DNA of 64,000 nt. It comes from Tubulanus polymorphus. Taxonomy: Eukaryota; Animalia; Nemertea. The translations under genes and the position numbers were made by a program. Below are positions 62,580-64,000 of this stretch, in pieces. The first letter of the stretch is position 1. Each line of letters starts with the position of its first letter. Below the pieces are notes generated by a model. The model searched no databases. It saw nothing but the letters and a program-made list of their open reading frames with translations, and was not told the origin of the DNA. The stretch lies in the NCBI RefSeq assembly GCF_964204645.1, contig NC_134032.1:6498275-6562274 (forward strand), read 5' to 3'.

Positions 62580-64000
62580 TAAGCGTGTTCAACTTTGATG
62601 ATATACACAGTAACGGGTTTTCCCCATGACTCACTAGCCCATGGCAGAACTATTAATACTATGTTCTGCAGTTCTTGATGATGACACAACAGTTATCTGT
62701 AGTAATGCGCGGTCAACACAAAACTACGCTATTATTGTTCCCGATGATAAAAATATCTGATACCAAAGGAAATACGTAAAAGTAACCCGACAAATCTGAT
62801 TTTCTTCCATACGGCAAAAAATAGATGACAATTGGAACTTCATACGTATTTGATTTTGCGCATTGAACCGGTACATTTAAACATACATACCCTCTAAGCG
62901 GTGTGATCAGTACGCAAACTGAGGAGCATTTATTGATTACTGGAAAAGCGATAAAGAGATTCAACTTGTGGAACTGAACAGTTGATGGTGCGAATAATAC
63001 TAGTCGCTCCCAACACTAAGGCACTTGCGATCTGGTAAGGCTCTTTTCGAGCCTAAATAATACTCTGATCTTTTAAACGTGAACTTACAGAATTAGATTC
63101 CTTTGGAAATTTCTTCGGCTTTTTCTGCGTCGGTCCTGTCTGTTCAGTATAGGAATGTTGTTCACCGGTAGATGACCACTGGAGTGGTGATGTCATCAAT
63201 TCATGGGTACCACCTGGATTTGGGAAATAAGGAAATGATAAAAAAATCCATGTCAACTTCTTTTAAAATTTCCAGACTGTATACCCCAGAAAGCTGACTT
63301 ATGAGTCAGTTCACAGGAATAGAAAATAAATAGAGAGTACACATGTTAGTTGGCTTTTGACTCGCTAAGTACCGTTTTGGGTCAGATGTCATCAATGGAT
63401 CTACATGTAGTTAGTTACCTAATAGTTGGTGGTAAGCTTTTATAATCGGATATGCCTAATACCAATGTAGTTTGTGAAAATATCCGATTTGAAACTTAAC
63501 CACAGACAGGTTACTGAGTACACTGCTTGCACCCACAAAGCGTGTCCTATTCCTATTCCGGGGTTCACTATGGCGCTTCTTCTTCCGTATACTGTCAGCA
63601 TCAACTTATTGATGAATATAACAGTTTTCAGGTGTGCGCGAAAAAGAATAAGTATGAGTATCCGGAAAGAAAAAATTAATCTTAATTTAAAATTTATTTT
63701 TCTTAAAGTTTTTTCCCAGTAGCACTCAGAAATTTCACAATGTAGCGCCAATTACTCCTCTGAAAATTCAAGGCAAAATCCAAGTTTAATATGATACTGA
63801 ATAGCCAGTTTGCTGATTCGTTTCATGCATTACAAATTTGTGTTGTTTTATAGTAAATAGTCAAGGCTTTCATACTATATACGATTTGATTAGGTGGGCC
63901 ACCATAATCGTGCCCTTTTGGCCCCCCCCCCTAATCCACCCACACTTACTTGCACTTGAAGAGAGCGCACATATCTGTCATGTTCGTACTTCAAATACTC

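Noticed and set aside
62640-63760. Several short ORFs at the window end
   Set aside because: No recognisable motifs or consistent splice pattern could be established.

Overview
AT-rich animal genomic DNA, probably a marine invertebrate (inferred only from the TE repertoire), consisting mostly of nested transposable elements. (1) 1-18.6 kb: a decayed, intron-containing KDZ (Kyakuja/Dileera/Zisupton-type) transposase gene on the minus strand, converging on the 3' exons of a plus-strand gene. A Ty1/copia element (4344-15461, identical 233-bp LTRs) splits it. The copia in turn carries a Gmr1-type Ty3/gypsy element (integrase before RT, 5024-10380) and an 850-bp antisense insert that looks like the 3' end of a host mRNA. 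(2) 18.3-26 kb: tandem and palindromic arrays, MITEs, and LINE/Penelope debris. (3) 26078-36996: an apparently intact, very young env-bearing gypsy provirus on the minus strand. It has identical 618-bp LTRs, a GGGAAC-type (G GGA AAC) frameshift site with a predicted pseudoknot, a chromodomain, a predicted spliced env leader, and an env ORF that seems to be a polyprotein: a class I fusion protein plus a second membrane protein ending in an LYPxL late-domain-like motif. This is the most interesting item. (4) Probable host coding sequence: an intronless class A GPCR (38267-39265) and a terminal exon with a Crypton-derived domain (49072-49737). (5) 51.6-62.6 kb: non-autonomous TIR elements, a decayed MULE (CaRF-like N-terminus, Ulp1-like protease) and a DINE-1/HINE-like tandem array. 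All calls come from manual reading; no database searches were run.
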